A stretch of DNA of 64,000 bases from a virus (taxonomy: Duplodnaviria > Caudoviricetes), in the IMG/VR virus record IMGVR_UViG_3300035501_000527, positions 1,583 to 65,582 of that record; one strand, written 5' to 3'. Shown here piece after piece: positions 56,001 to 64,000 of this stretch. Below the pieces are notes generated by a model. It ran no database searches. It saw only the letters and a list, made by a program, of their open reading frames with translations, and was not told the DNA's origin. The translations under genes and the position numbers were made by a program. Numbering within the stretch: the stretch's first letter is position 1; the number at the start of each line of letters is the position of its first letter.

Positions 56001-56944
56001 CTTTTTCTCCAAGTGAAAAAATAACCATGCAGCAATTTAATAAAATGAAAGAATTGGGGATTGTTCCTGATTCGTTGGATTTAGCTGTAAGAATGGTTAA
56101 TTTTAAAAAGTATATTTTAGATGAAGAAGGTCTGTATGAAAAACATATTGAAGAAGGAAAGAAAATACCAAAGAGAGGCTATCATGATGGATATTACATA
56201 TTAGACAACAATTCGCAACCATTCTTCAAAGAACATTTTTCAGAAGATTCTGTTGTAGATATTAAAGGTGATTACTATATTGTGTCAGAAAAAATATTTA
56301 CAAAAGAAGCAGATTCTAAAATACAACCATTAAAGGATTGGTTTGACAATGAAGAAACTTTAAAGAAATATAACGAAGCATTATATCAAACAGTATGGAA
56401 AAAATATGCAAGTGGCACATTACCTTCCTGGTCTATGCAAGCATTAAGCTATTACAATGGTGAACACGAATTAGCACATATTAATGAAGAATTATATGGT
56501 ATAGTCAATTTCTTTAAATTACCAGAAGAACCAGAGCCTTACGATTATTATACAAGATATATTGATGGTGTTCCTAGACAGATACCCAAATTTAAAATTT
56601 CTCGTATTGCTGGAACGGTAATCAATGCTGATAACTTACATTGTATGGTAACACTTTTAACGGTATATGGTGCTGTTCAAGTGAAATTCAATAAAGGACA
56701 TTATGCTTTTTATAATAAACAAATTTCAGCAAAACTTGATCCAAACAGCGATAAGAAAACAGTTCTTGAAAAAAGCTGGTTAAGTCGTGGCTCTAAAATA
56801 GTTGTTGCCGGTATAAGAAGAGAAGATGGTTTTAGACCAATGATATATAAAGATACAATTTATCAGCATACGGTTAATAGAATTCAAGAAATATATAAAG
56901 ACGGAACATTATTATTACAATCAGAAAGAACAAAAGTAGAATAG
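53006..56944 (+). CDS. dnaE: DNA polymerase III alpha subunit (DnaE-type)
   Basis: PHP domain (HNHS, TEHE, TDSH), GRGSG, DIDID, HAGG, FNKSH. Confidence 0.95.
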   Translation: MSFFGVHNHSAEGSNLRLRDSINKIPEMIEYAHSLGHSGICFTEHESITSSLDALKYYDSKKDSEDWKDFKVVLGNEIYLCTEEVTAENKFNNRYPHFILVALNANGHKGIRELSTKAWIQNSFMHVMMRVPTYYSDLEEMMISYKGDIVGSSACIGGALPHRLLQFQDLEQSNPKEYEKIWQSCKDWIAYMNEIFGKGYFFLELQPSHMGEQIYVNHKLIQLSQETDTPYIITTDSHYLKKEDREIHKIFLESQDGDREVDDFYSTTYIMSETEIHEYMDEYYGYDVVQKGLDNTMLIYEKAEYYKLTKDLDIPYIPLNTNEPNKQLYEKYKDKILLLKDFYESEYDSDRHLVRDIVAYIDTDEYYRTEEAYEKINECLHYIKDSSEKMKVRWSKYLLQIAIDVQIAWNAGTLVGAGRGSGVGFCLLNILGITQINPLREKTKTYPWRFLNPERASVLDIDIDICGSKRETVIQAMKDTYGEDRVSKVMTLSTEKSRSAILTAARGLKIDNDIAQYISSLIVADRGQLRTLSQMYYGDDDNPPVKEFVTEMDKYPQLWEAAQKIEGLVNGVGSHAGGIILVDKPFTDTTALMKTNSGDIITQFDLHMCEDCSLIKVDLLCIDALDKMQAELDLLLENGLIEWQGSLKDTYEKYIGVYTLEREAKDMWEMLWNHKVMSFFQMEKESGVQAVALAKPASVDELATINSVLRLMAQEKGAETPLQKYARFRENIQYWYDEMTEYGLTQEEQDILKDIIGVSYGICEAQEYLVLLTQHPKIGGFSLAWGDRLRKAVAKKKPKEFLQLQEEFFANAKEKNLSKNLTNYVWNVLICTQRGYGFNKSHTLAYSIIGLQELNLCYKYNPIYWQTANLIVDSGAIDENAGDSTNYGKMAIAIASVQKENVKVELPLINTAEFGFKADVNNNRIIFGLKGINGIGDDIVQAIVQNRPFTSIEDFAEKMLDTKIITNAKMVQLIKAGCFTELHSSDRTETMNWFLNKYAFSPSEKITMQQFNKMKELGIVPDSLDLAVRMVNFKKYILDEEGLYEKHIEEGKKIPKRGYHDGYYILDNNSQPFFKEHFSEDSVVDIKGDYYIVSEKIFTKEADSKIQPLKDWFDNEETLKKYNEALYQTVWKKYASGTLPSWSMQALSYYNGEHELAHINEELYGIVNFFKLPEEPEPYDYYTRYIDGVPRQIPKFKISRIAGTVINADNLHCMVTLLTVYGAVQVKFNKGHYAFYNKQISAKLDPNSDKKTVLEKSWLSRGSKIVVAGIRREDGFRPMIYKDTIYQHTVNRIQEIYKDGTLLLQSERTKVE

Positions 56945-56957
56945 GAAAGAGAGGATT

Positions 56958-59213
56958 ATGGCATTAGAAGGTAGAATTAAAGTTATTTGTAGTGTAGAGA
57001 CAATTAGATTTTATAAAAACGAATTTGGTATTGCTGTTGTTTCAGTAGATAAAATAAAAGAAGGGAAGCCAAAAACAGATAGATTTAATCAGATTACTAT
57101 AAAAGGAGTAATGCCACAATTAGTAGAAGGTAATCCTTATGTATTAGTAGCTGATTATGTGGAAGATCCCAAATGGGGAGGACAATATAATATTATTTCA
57201 ATCTATAGTGCCATTACCTTTAGCGATGACGATAAAGTTGGACAGAAGAAATTTTTGTCCACTTTATTTACACCATTACAGATTGAAAATATGTATTTTG
57301 CTTTGGAAGATCCTTTTAATTCATTAAAGAATAATAGAGCAGAAGATTTAGTCAAAGTCAAAGGTTGTGGTTTAGATACAGCCGCTAGATGGATTAACAA
57401 ATTCAATCAGAATCTTCATCTCGCAAAGATTTTCTCGGAATTAGAATCATACAACCTTACTAATAATATGGTACAAAGACTTATGGATAAATATAATTCG
57501 CCTGATATTGTTATTGAGAAAGTCAAGAATAATCCTTATGTTTTATGTAACGAAGTGAAAGGCATTGGTTGGAAAACTGCTGATAAGATTGCTCTTGAAG
57601 GTGGTATGGAAGAATTTTGTGTAGAACGCATTAGTGCTTATATGTATAAGTATTTAGATGATTCAGGACAAAATGGCTGTTCATGGGTAACACCTGATGA
57701 ACTAATGGGTGCAATTATTGAAATGTTAGGAGAAGAAGTACCTGATAAGAATATCACAGAAGCTATTCATTACATGGAAGAAGATTTATGGTGGAATGAT
57801 GACAAAACACAGATTGGTCTTAGAAAATATTTCAATATAGAAGATAAAATTGCAAAAGAACTAATTAGACTTAGAGATGCTAAATCTGAAATTACATATG
57901 ATGATTGGGAAGATACAATCAAGCATGTTGAACATAAAAATGGTTGGCAGTTTACAGAAGAACAGAAATTAGGAGTAAAAGAAGCATTAGAAAATAACGT
58001 AGTTGTTATACATGGAGAGGCTGGAACAGGAAAAAGTTCATCTGTATCTGCTTTTCTCGAAGCATTAAAGAATTATGTATATGTACAGTGCGCATTGTCG
58101 GGAAGGGCAAGTTCACGAATGGCAGAAATTACAGGAGAAGAAGGATATACAATACACCGACTTTTAAAATATCCTTGTCAAAATAAAGAAGGAAAAAATG
58201 GTTTCACTTATCATGACGAAAATCCCTTGGACGTAGATATTGTGATTGTTGATGAGATTTCAATGGTTGATGCTTATCTGTTTTATTATCTGTTAAGAGC
58301 GATACCTTCAGGTGCTAAGTTGATTTGTTTGGGAGATATGGGACAGTTAGAATCTATTGGATGTGGCAACATTGCTTTTGATATGATTCATTCACCTGAA
58401 ATCCCGACAGTATATCTTAGTCAAGTACATAGACAAGCTGCTTCATCAGCGATTGTAACAGAAGCAAGACGCATTCGACAAGGAACGCAGATAATTGAAA
58501 AAGATTGGGTTGGTACTGATATTCGTGGTGAATTACAAGATTTATCTTTGGATTGCTATTCTGATAAAAGCAACACATTTTATAAGATTATGCAGAAGTT
58601 TTCAGAAGCAATGAATAAAGAAGATTTTAATGTTATGGAAACACAAATCCTTGTTCCAGTAAAAAATAATGGCGATGCTTGTACTTATAATATCAATAAT
58701 ACAATTCAGGATTTATATAATCCAGAAGATGTTGATAAACCGCAAATAGAAGTAGTATCACAAGGGAAGGTTACGATTCTTCGTAGAGGGGACAAAGTAA
58801 TTAATACACAAAATACTTACAAAACTAATCCTCCTATTTTTAATGGTAATTTGGGAATTATCAAAGAAGTATTTCCAGAAGACAAAGCGTTGATTATTTC
58901 TTTTATGGGTATTGGAGATGTTTATGTAGAAGGAACACAAGTAAATAGTATCGAACTTGGATACGCAATTACCATCCACAAATCACAAGGATCGCAGTTT
59001 GACCATGTAATATTTGGTATTGATTTTTCATCTTATTCGTTATTAACAAGAGAATTATTATATACCGGTATTACAAGAGCAAAAAGAATGTGTGATTTAA
59101 TCGCACAGACAGGTGCATTGAGAATGGCAATCAGTAAAGAAGGTGTTAGTAAAAAACAGACGCACTTACAACAATGTCTTTATGATACAGCACATCCCAA
59201 ATTAGTATTTTAA
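56958..59213 (+). CDS. RecD2-like ATP-dependent helicase
   Basis: GEAGTGKS, TIHRLL, DEISM, GDMGQL, HRQ, TIHKSQGSQF. Confidence 0.92.
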   Translation: MALEGRIKVICSVETIRFYKNEFGIAVVSVDKIKEGKPKTDRFNQITIKGVMPQLVEGNPYVLVADYVEDPKWGGQYNIISIYSAITFSDDDKVGQKKFLSTLFTPLQIENMYFALEDPFNSLKNNRAEDLVKVKGCGLDTAARWINKFNQNLHLAKIFSELESYNLTNNMVQRLMDKYNSPDIVIEKVKNNPYVLCNEVKGIGWKTADKIALEGGMEEFCVERISAYMYKYLDDSGQNGCSWVTPDELMGAIIEMLGEEVPDKNITEAIHYMEEDLWWNDDKTQIGLRKYFNIEDKIAKELIRLRDAKSEITYDDWEDTIKHVEHKNGWQFTEEQKLGVKEALENNVVVIHGEAGTGKSSSVSAFLEALKNYVYVQCALSGRASSRMAEITGEEGYTIHRLLKYPCQNKEGKNGFTYHDENPLDVDIVIVDEISMVDAYLFYYLLRAIPSGAKLICLGDMGQLESIGCGNIAFDMIHSPEIPTVYLSQVHRQAASSAIVTEARRIRQGTQIIEKDWVGTDIRGELQDLSLDCYSDKSNTFYKIMQKFSEAMNKEDFNVMETQILVPVKNNGDACTYNINNTIQDLYNPEDVDKPQIEVVSQGKVTILRRGDKVINTQNTYKTNPPIFNGNLGIIKEVFPEDKALIISFMGIGDVYVEGTQVNSIELGYAITIHKSQGSQFDHVIFGIDFSSYSLLTRELLYTGITRAKRMCDLIAQTGALRMAISKEGVSKKQTHLQQCLYDTAHPKLVF

Positions 59214-59231
59214 GATATATGAGGAATCCAT

Positions 59232-59447
59232 ATGAAATTATTAACAAGACTGTTTACGAAAAATCTCACAAGAGTTCCATTATTAGTCTTATATTTTGAT
59301 CTGCCACATTACAAAGAATTCGGAAAGAAACATTCATGTATCTGTACCTTTCATCCTGTTCTGAAGAACGATGAGCACATCAAAGAAACGATGACGGGAT
59401 TATGTGATTATATTCGAGATAACTACGATATGGAGAAGATGATATGA
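59232..59447 (+). CDS. Hypothetical protein
   Basis: ORF track. Confidence 0.7.
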   Translation: MKLLTRLFTKNLTRVPLLVLYFDLPHYKEFGKKHSCICTFHPVLKNDEHIKETMTGLCDYIRDNYDMEKMI

Positions 59448-59629
59448 AACTAGAAAGGATATGGAAGAAAATCGGAGTTCAGCCATTAAAAGTTACACGA
59501 TATACAGATGGAATTGTTTTTGCTAGTGAGAAAAAATATATTATTACAGGCATTAAATATAAAAATGGCAAGTGGATAGGATTTGAAGCAGAAGAAATTA
59601 AAAATGATGAAGAATCAAAAAACGCATAA
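59444..59629 (+). CDS. Hypothetical protein
   Basis: ORF track; ATGA overlap. Confidence 0.65.
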   Translation: MKLERIWKKIGVQPLKVTRYTDGIVFASEKKYIITGIKYKNGKWIGFEAEEIKNDEESKNA

Positions 59630-59712
59630 CGAAAAAACCTTGAAAAATAAGGGTTTTTGAAATTGAATTTGCCAATAAACAGCGGTTTTATCTGGAAATT
59701 ATAAAAAAGAAG

Positions 59713-60249
59713 GTGATTAACATAGGTTGTGATATTTGGATTAGATTAGAAAAAATAAATAAGAACGGTGAATGGATTCCGCTAGATTATTATAAAATTA
59801 AAGAAGACTGGACAGATCAAAAAGATACTAATAAATCATTTCCATTCTTTCCGGTAAGTATCTACGATGGTAGAGATTATGAATTATTTGGATTATTAGC
59901 AGGTGTTAGAAGTACATATCCTGAACCGATCGTTGAGCCAAGAGGTATTCCAGAATCAGCAAATCATTACATAAAAGATGAATATGCTGCAAGTGAATAT
60001 AATCATACTCCAAGCTGGCTAACATTAGGTGAATTAAGAAAAACATGGTATAAACATAGCCAAGATGAGCCATTGGATGAATATGGTTTTCACAATGTTT
60101 ATATTAGATTGCTCGAAGGAATTATTAAACCAATAGAACAAAGAATCTCAGATTTTGACTGGTTATTTACTGGAACTGATGCTGAGTTAGAAGAAAAATG
60201 TAGGAACTATTGGGATAGAGTGAGAATGGTATTTTGGTTTGACAGCTAA
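59713..60249 (+). CDS. Hypothetical phage protein
   Basis: ORF track; GRDYELFGLLAGVR motif. Confidence 0.8.
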   Translation: MINIGCDIWIRLEKINKNGEWIPLDYYKIKEDWTDQKDTNKSFPFFPVSIYDGRDYELFGLLAGVRSTYPEPIVEPRGIPESANHYIKDEYAASEYNHTPSWLTLGELRKTWYKHSQDEPLDEYGFHNVYIRLLEGIIKPIEQRISDFDWLFTGTDAELEEKCRNYWDRVRMVFWFDS

Positions 60250-60291
60250 GTTATATGTTAAAAATTTTACATAGAAGTTAGAAAGGCGAAA

Positions 60292-60657
60292 ATGAACATT
60301 TTAGAGGATATAAAAGATATTGTAAAAGATGACAAAGAACATCTGATTGCAGTCAAGGCATCTTGGGATGGAATTTATGTATATTTAGAATATGACCCTG
60401 ATAAAGAGTTTGAGGAAAATTGTATTATTCCAATTTTTTATGATGTGTTAGATGAATTCCCTTATATACCAGATGATGAACTAAAAGAAAAATGGAATCC
60501 TAGTGATTATGGGATTGATTATAATGAGATTTGTTTGATTAAAAACATCATGGAATATTTTAATGAACACAAAGAAGAAATTAAAGAATTATGTAGTGGT
60601 TTTGATTTTGAAACAAAGAAGAAAGAGGTAGAAACCGATGAAAGTAAATCTGATTAG
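60292..60657 (+). CDS. Hypothetical protein
   Basis: ORF track. Confidence 0.75.
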   Translation: MNILEDIKDIVKDDKEHLIAVKASWDGIYVYLEYDPDKEFEENCIIPIFYDVLDEFPYIPDDELKEKWNPSDYGIDYNEICLIKNIMEYFNEHKEEIKELCSGFDFETKKKEVETDESKSD

Positions 60658-60892
60658 TAATGAAATAGATGAAACAAAATTAAATAAAGAAATTAATTAT
60701 TATGTCTGTACAACAAATCAAGAGCCATATCTATTCATGAACAAAGATACTGCAAATGCTATAGGAAAACAACATAATTTATCACCATTAGAGACAGTGA
60801 AGAATAATAGTAACATTATAATTGGAAGATATATGGGTAATAGAGTTTATATTAATGACGATTTAACATTTGGAGAAGTCGAGATTAGGTAA
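60638..60892 (+). CDS. Hypothetical protein (paralog of 42421-42666)
   Basis: Shared motifs. Confidence 0.75.
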   Translation: MKVNLISNEIDETKLNKEINYYVCTTNQEPYLFMNKDTANAIGKQHNLSPLETVKNNSNIIIGRYMGNRVYINDDLTFGEVEIR

Positions 60893-60905
60893 AAGAGGAA
60901 ATATA

Positions 60906-61142
60906 ATGATTAGTGCAGAAGAAGCAAGAAAAGAGACAAGTAAAAATTTAGAAACATTTTCTACTACCCAATTACAGGATATTGAGAAAAAGATAAAAGA
61001 AGCGATTGAACAAGGAAGTTATTCAATATCATGTGATGGTTATTTGGCAGCTCAATCAATGAATGTTCTTGAAAAGGCAGGTTTTAAAATAGATATTGGA
61101 AGGCAATATAATGAATTATATTATTCAATAAGTTGGGAATAG
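60906..61142 (+). CDS. Hypothetical protein
   Basis: GAGGA RBS favours ATG 60906. Confidence 0.7.
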   Translation: MISAEEARKETSKNLETFSTTQLQDIEKKIKEAIEQGSYSISCDGYLAAQSMNVLEKAGFKIDIGRQYNELYYSISWE

Positions 61143-61190
61143 AATTTTGATTTTATTTGGTTATAAATAGAATTATTTAAGGAGGTAACT

Positions 61191-61727
61191 TTGGAAACGA
61201 TTGTAATCAATTTATTTGGAGAACCATCTGCCGGCAAAAGTACAGCAGCTATGGATATTACGGCAAGGCTAAAAAGAAAAGGTATCAATGCAGAGTATGT
61301 ATCTGAATTTGCAAAAGATAAAGTTTATGAAAACAATGGTGAAGTATTCAAACATCAGGAATATATGTTTGGAAAACAGTCGTTTAAAATGGGAAGAGTA
61401 AAAGATAAAGTGGAAGTTATGGTTGTTGATTCGCCACTCATTCTATCTATTGTTTATAATAATGATGAGATTTTAGATGATAATTTTAATAGAGCCGTTC
61501 TAAATATGTTTAATTCGTACATAAACAAAAATTATCTCTTGACAAGAAATCATACATACGAAAACGAAGGAAGATTCCAAAATGAGAACGAAGCATTACT
61601 TGTTAGGACTCAGATTATGAATATGTTGGAAGTATATGATATAGATTATAATATTGCGACATCAAGTGAAAAAGATTGTGAAAGGATTGTAAATGATATT
61701 GTGAAGGAGATTAGAGAAAATGAATAG
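61191..61727 (+). CDS. P-loop nucleotide kinase-like ATPase (AAA_28/NadR-like)
   Basis: NLFGEPSAGKST, SEFAKD, VDSP, EGRFQ. Confidence 0.8.
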   Translation: METIVINLFGEPSAGKSTAAMDITARLKRKGINAEYVSEFAKDKVYENNGEVFKHQEYMFGKQSFKMGRVKDKVEVMVVDSPLILSIVYNNDEILDDNFNRAVLNMFNSYINKNYLLTRNHTYENEGRFQNENEALLVRTQIMNMLEVYDIDYNIATSSEKDCERIVNDIVKEIRENE

Positions 61728-61881
61728 TAAAGGTCATTTGTTTATCAGCTTATCAAAATCAGCTATTAGAGTAATCGGTGGAATTATAACACTTATGAAT
61801 GGTTCAATTATTCCATTGACAGTAGGAATTATTGTTGCTGAAATTGGTGGCGTATTGGAAGAATTGGTTGATAAGAGATGA
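61720..61881 (+). CDS. Small membrane protein (53 aa)
   Basis: Manually translated; hydrophobic; overlaps both neighbours. Confidence 0.6.
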   Translation: MNSKGHLFISLSKSAIRVIGGIITLMNGSIIPLTVGIIVAEIGGVLEELVDKR

Positions 61882-62132
61882 AAAAGGTAATAAAAAATCG
61901 TATCATATGTTTCTTTATGATTTGTAGTTTTATATTCCTATTAGCAGGATGTGATAGTGAAAATAATATTGAAGATATCGAAATAAGTCAACCGCATAAT
62001 ACTTATAGTGATGATGCAATATTAATTAAGTCACACAATAATTTCCAATGCATAGACACTAATATTGAATATGATGAAGAATTGGGCGTTTATACATGTA
62101 CTGTTAAATTTAAGAAGATTATAGACAAATAA
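61878..62132 (+). CDS. Putative lipoprotein
   Basis: Signal peptide with LAGC lipobox. Confidence 0.65.
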   Translation: MKKVIKNRIICFFMICSFIFLLAGCDSENNIEDIEISQPHNTYSDDAILIKSHNNFQCIDTNIEYDEELGVYTCTVKFKKIIDK

Positions 62133-62179
62133 AAATTCCGTTTCATTTAGATTCAAAAGATTAGGGAGGTTACTTAATT

Positions 62180-62521
62180 ATGGCAAATTGGAATCAACAT
62201 ACTGTTCCAAAGTGCAAAGAAAGAGATTGTTCAGATGAAGTGCTTGTAACAGTAAAAACTAATATAGGAAAACGGGTTATAAAAGCAATTTATATTCCAT
62301 ATCATCATTGCACTGTCGAAGATATGGGATGGAATATGTATGACGGAATACCTGACGATTGGGAATATATAGAAGAGGAAGATACATGGTGGATTCCGCA
62401 AGGTTGGTATGAAGTAACCGATTATTTTGAAGATTATTCATACGCAACAATCTCAGATAAAGTAATTGCATGGTCAAAACTTCCAAAACCGTATGAGCCA
62501 AGAGTCAATGAACTTAATTAG
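62180..62521 (+). CDS. DUF551-like phage protein
   Basis: W...P...EVLVT...VIAWSKLPKPY pattern. Confidence 0.7.
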   Translation: MANWNQHTVPKCKERDCSDEVLVTVKTNIGKRVIKAIYIPYHHCTVEDMGWNMYDGIPDDWEYIEEEDTWWIPQGWYEVTDYFEDYSYATISDKVIAWSKLPKPYEPRVNELN

Positions 62522-62535
62522 GAGGATAACCATAA

Positions 62536-62808
62536 ATGAATATTTTTTTAGAAATTATATTGATTATTGAACTTTTAGCAAATATATCATTTCTTATTGC
62601 ACTAATTAGTTTTGATGGTTGTGAAGTCTTTTGCATATTTGAAATATTTAATCCCATCTGTAATTATGAGGAATATACTCAATTTAACTGGTTTGGAATT
62701 GCCATTATAACATTGATATTAAATATTTTATTCCTACCATTCGCAGTAATTTACTGGATATATCAGTTGTTTACAGTTGGTAGGAAAAATGAAGAACGAG
62801 GTGATTAA
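62536..62808 (+). CDS. Membrane protein
   Basis: Two hydrophobic segments. Confidence 0.7.
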   Translation: MNIFLEIILIIELLANISFLIALISFDGCEVFCIFEIFNPICNYEEYTQFNWFGIAIITLILNILFLPFAVIYWIYQLFTVGRKNEERGD

Positions 62809-63570
62809 TTGAAACACGTAACAATAAATGTATCAGAAGAAATCAAAAATGTTCTTCCGGAAACATTAGAAAAAGATTTACAAGACAATGAAAAAATTTG
62901 TCCGATATGTCATGGTTTGGGGATGAGACTTAACAATAATATTTATGGAATTAAAGGCGATACATCAGAAGTTACAAAACATAAAATGTTTCCATATAAT
63001 CACCAATCATTGTCTTTCTGCCCTAATTGTTATAACGGTGTAATTAAATTATGTGAATATTGCGGAGAATTAATACCAAAAGGAAGATTAAAATGCAATT
63101 GTGTGGAACAGAAAGAAAAGGACGAAGAAGAAAGAAGAATAAAATATCAAGAAAAGATTGATAAAGCAAAAGAAATCTCATGGGAAGAAACTGAATATTA
63201 TGTATACGATGAAAAATCAGATAAATATTTTGCAGATAAACAGGAATTTGTGGATTATTATTTTTATCCATATTTTAATGATTTAAATGCTTTAGCCAAA
63301 TATAGTTTCAAAGAATATCTTGAAAAACATGCTCCAAAAGTCTTATGGAATTGTTCAGTTGAGAATATTTCAATAAATGCTGATAGTATTATAGAAGATG
63401 TTTGTGTAGAATTGCATGAAAATGCAGAAGAAAGTATTAGTAGTGAAGATAGGAAAGAATTACAAACTATATTAGATGATTGGTGTAAGAGACAAAGTGG
63501 TGCTACAACATATTATCCTGATTATAAAGAATACGTAAAGGTTGACTGGGAATGGGTTAAGGAAAGTTAA
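62809..63570 (+). CDS. Hypothetical protein with DnaJ-like Cys repeats
   Basis: CPICHGLG, CPNCYNG, CEYCG. Confidence 0.75.
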   Translation: MKHVTINVSEEIKNVLPETLEKDLQDNEKICPICHGLGMRLNNNIYGIKGDTSEVTKHKMFPYNHQSLSFCPNCYNGVIKLCEYCGELIPKGRLKCNCVEQKEKDEEERRIKYQEKIDKAKEISWEETEYYVYDEKSDKYFADKQEFVDYYFYPYFNDLNALAKYSFKEYLEKHAPKVLWNCSVENISINADSIIEDVCVELHENAEESISSEDRKELQTILDDWCKRQSGATTYYPDYKEYVKVDWEWVKES

Positions 63571-63592
63571 TTATAAAAAGAGAGGTATAAAA

Positions 63593-63763
63593 ATGAGTAT
63601 TAAACAAGATATGTCAAAAAGATGTGGTTTCAAATATAACGAATATTGGTCGGCAGCTAATACATCACAAACCATGCCACAAGAAGATTGGTTAACATGG
63701 TATAAGGAACATTGTGGAAAATGTCAATACATGGGTGAAATCTGTATGTATGGTGAAGATTAA
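63593..63763 (+). CDS. Small hypothetical protein
   Basis: GAGGT RBS favours ATG 63593. Confidence 0.65.
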   Translation: MSIKQDMSKRCGFKYNEYWSAANTSQTMPQEDWLTWYKEHCGKCQYMGEICMYGED

Positions 63764-63776
63764 ATAAAAACAGGAA

Positions 63777-63911
63777 GTGATAAAAATAGATAAAACAATA
63801 GCACTATTAATAATGATTGGTTTGTTTGTCATCTCAATTATAACACTAGTTATAATCAAAATATATATATTTTATACCAATAAAAAAGAAGGTGAACTAC
63901 CCACAGCCTAA
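63777..63911 (+). CDS. Small membrane protein whose 3' end runs into the IS element
   Basis: Manually translated MIKIDKTIALLIMIGLF...EGELPTA. Confidence 0.5.
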   Translation: MIKIDKTIALLIMIGLFVISIITLVIIKIYIFYTNKKEGELPTA

Positions 63912-64000
63912 AGGCAGTGGGCTTCCATTAAATAGTTTACCAGACTGAGGATGCAGAAACGCATCCTACGATAGATAGGTCAAGACACCTTTGGTTGACG
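63892..64000 (+). mobile_element. Start of a second IS200/IS605 IscB-type element (omegaRNA 5' part), cut by the window edge
   Basis: GTGAACTACCCACAGCCTAAAGGCAGTGGGCTT..ACCAGACTGAG..CTACG is a typical omegaRNA start. Confidence 0.8.

Larger units (their letters stand above)
1390..62150 (+). repeat. Dispersed gene-boundary repeat family ATARAA-N6-TTYTAT(YNGG), more than 20 copies
   Basis: Copies read at 1390, 5037, 6049, 13964, 17845, 21451, 21914, 22591, 25169, 26091, 27109, 28851, 31237, 36495, 36530, 38006, 40324, 41112, 42130, 44900, 45768, 59674, 61139, 62129. Confidence 0.8.
1..64000 (+). mobile_element. Internal segment of a large SPbeta-like phage/prophage (early, accessory and replication region)
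   Basis: Dense co-oriented small ORFs, phage-type replication module (SSB, AAA, helicase, primase, DnaE), RNA repair and MTase genes; no housekeeping genes. Confidence 0.9.

Noticed and set aside
53006-56944. Intein or intron in DnaE or the helicase
   Set aside because: Lengths are normal and no splicing or LAGLIDADG motifs were seen
1009-63271. Most minus-strand ORFs in the track
   Set aside because: They are antisense shadows of + genes with no RBS and F/L/I/S-rich composition; only 8135-8365 and 36530-36712 are accepted
1-64000. CRISPR array
   Set aside because: No regularly spaced direct repeats with unique spacers were seen; the dispersed repeats are separated by whole genes

Overview
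The whole window looks like an internal segment of a large, AT-rich, SPbeta-like temperate phage or prophage of a Bacillota (Clostridia-like) host. No host genes, integrase or virion genes are visible. Almost every gene is on the + strand. Layout: (1) 1-8.1 kb, small hypothetical genes. (2) 8.1-12.8 kb, a regulatory switch: ribbon-helix-helix gene divergent from a PemK/MazF-like gene, a sigma-A promoter with a LexA box, an atypical tRNA-Gln, a sigma-like factor and a DUF262 protein. (3) 16.6-23.5 kb, an RNA-repair cluster (Thg1-like, two RNA ligases, PNK-HD, metallophosphoesterase). (4) 23.8-40 kb, modification genes: three adenine/N4 MTases, a C5 MTase, two radical SAM enzymes, four TNSSSSS-motif proteins, a PAPS-reductase-like gene, and an IscB/omegaRNA element. 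(5) 45.9-59.2 kb, an intact replication module (SSB-like, AAA ATPase, DnaB-like helicase, primase, exonuclease, HD hydrolase, DnaE, RecD2). (6) A second omegaRNA starts at the right edge. Main discoveries: a family of more than 20 gene-boundary sites ATARAA-N6-TTYTAT, four with a fixed-geometry accessory element; an inverted 282-bp segment bounded by two such sites with identical spacers, whose re-inversion restores the PAPS-reductase-like gene in frame; a textbook -1 frameshift signal that would append extra target-recognition-like modules to the C5 MTase; a shared AGAAAGG/palindrome leader on five modification genes; and a radical SAM/SPASM enzyme followed by four proteins with a shared N-terminal motif. 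All calls come from manual reading and motif recall; no database search was run.
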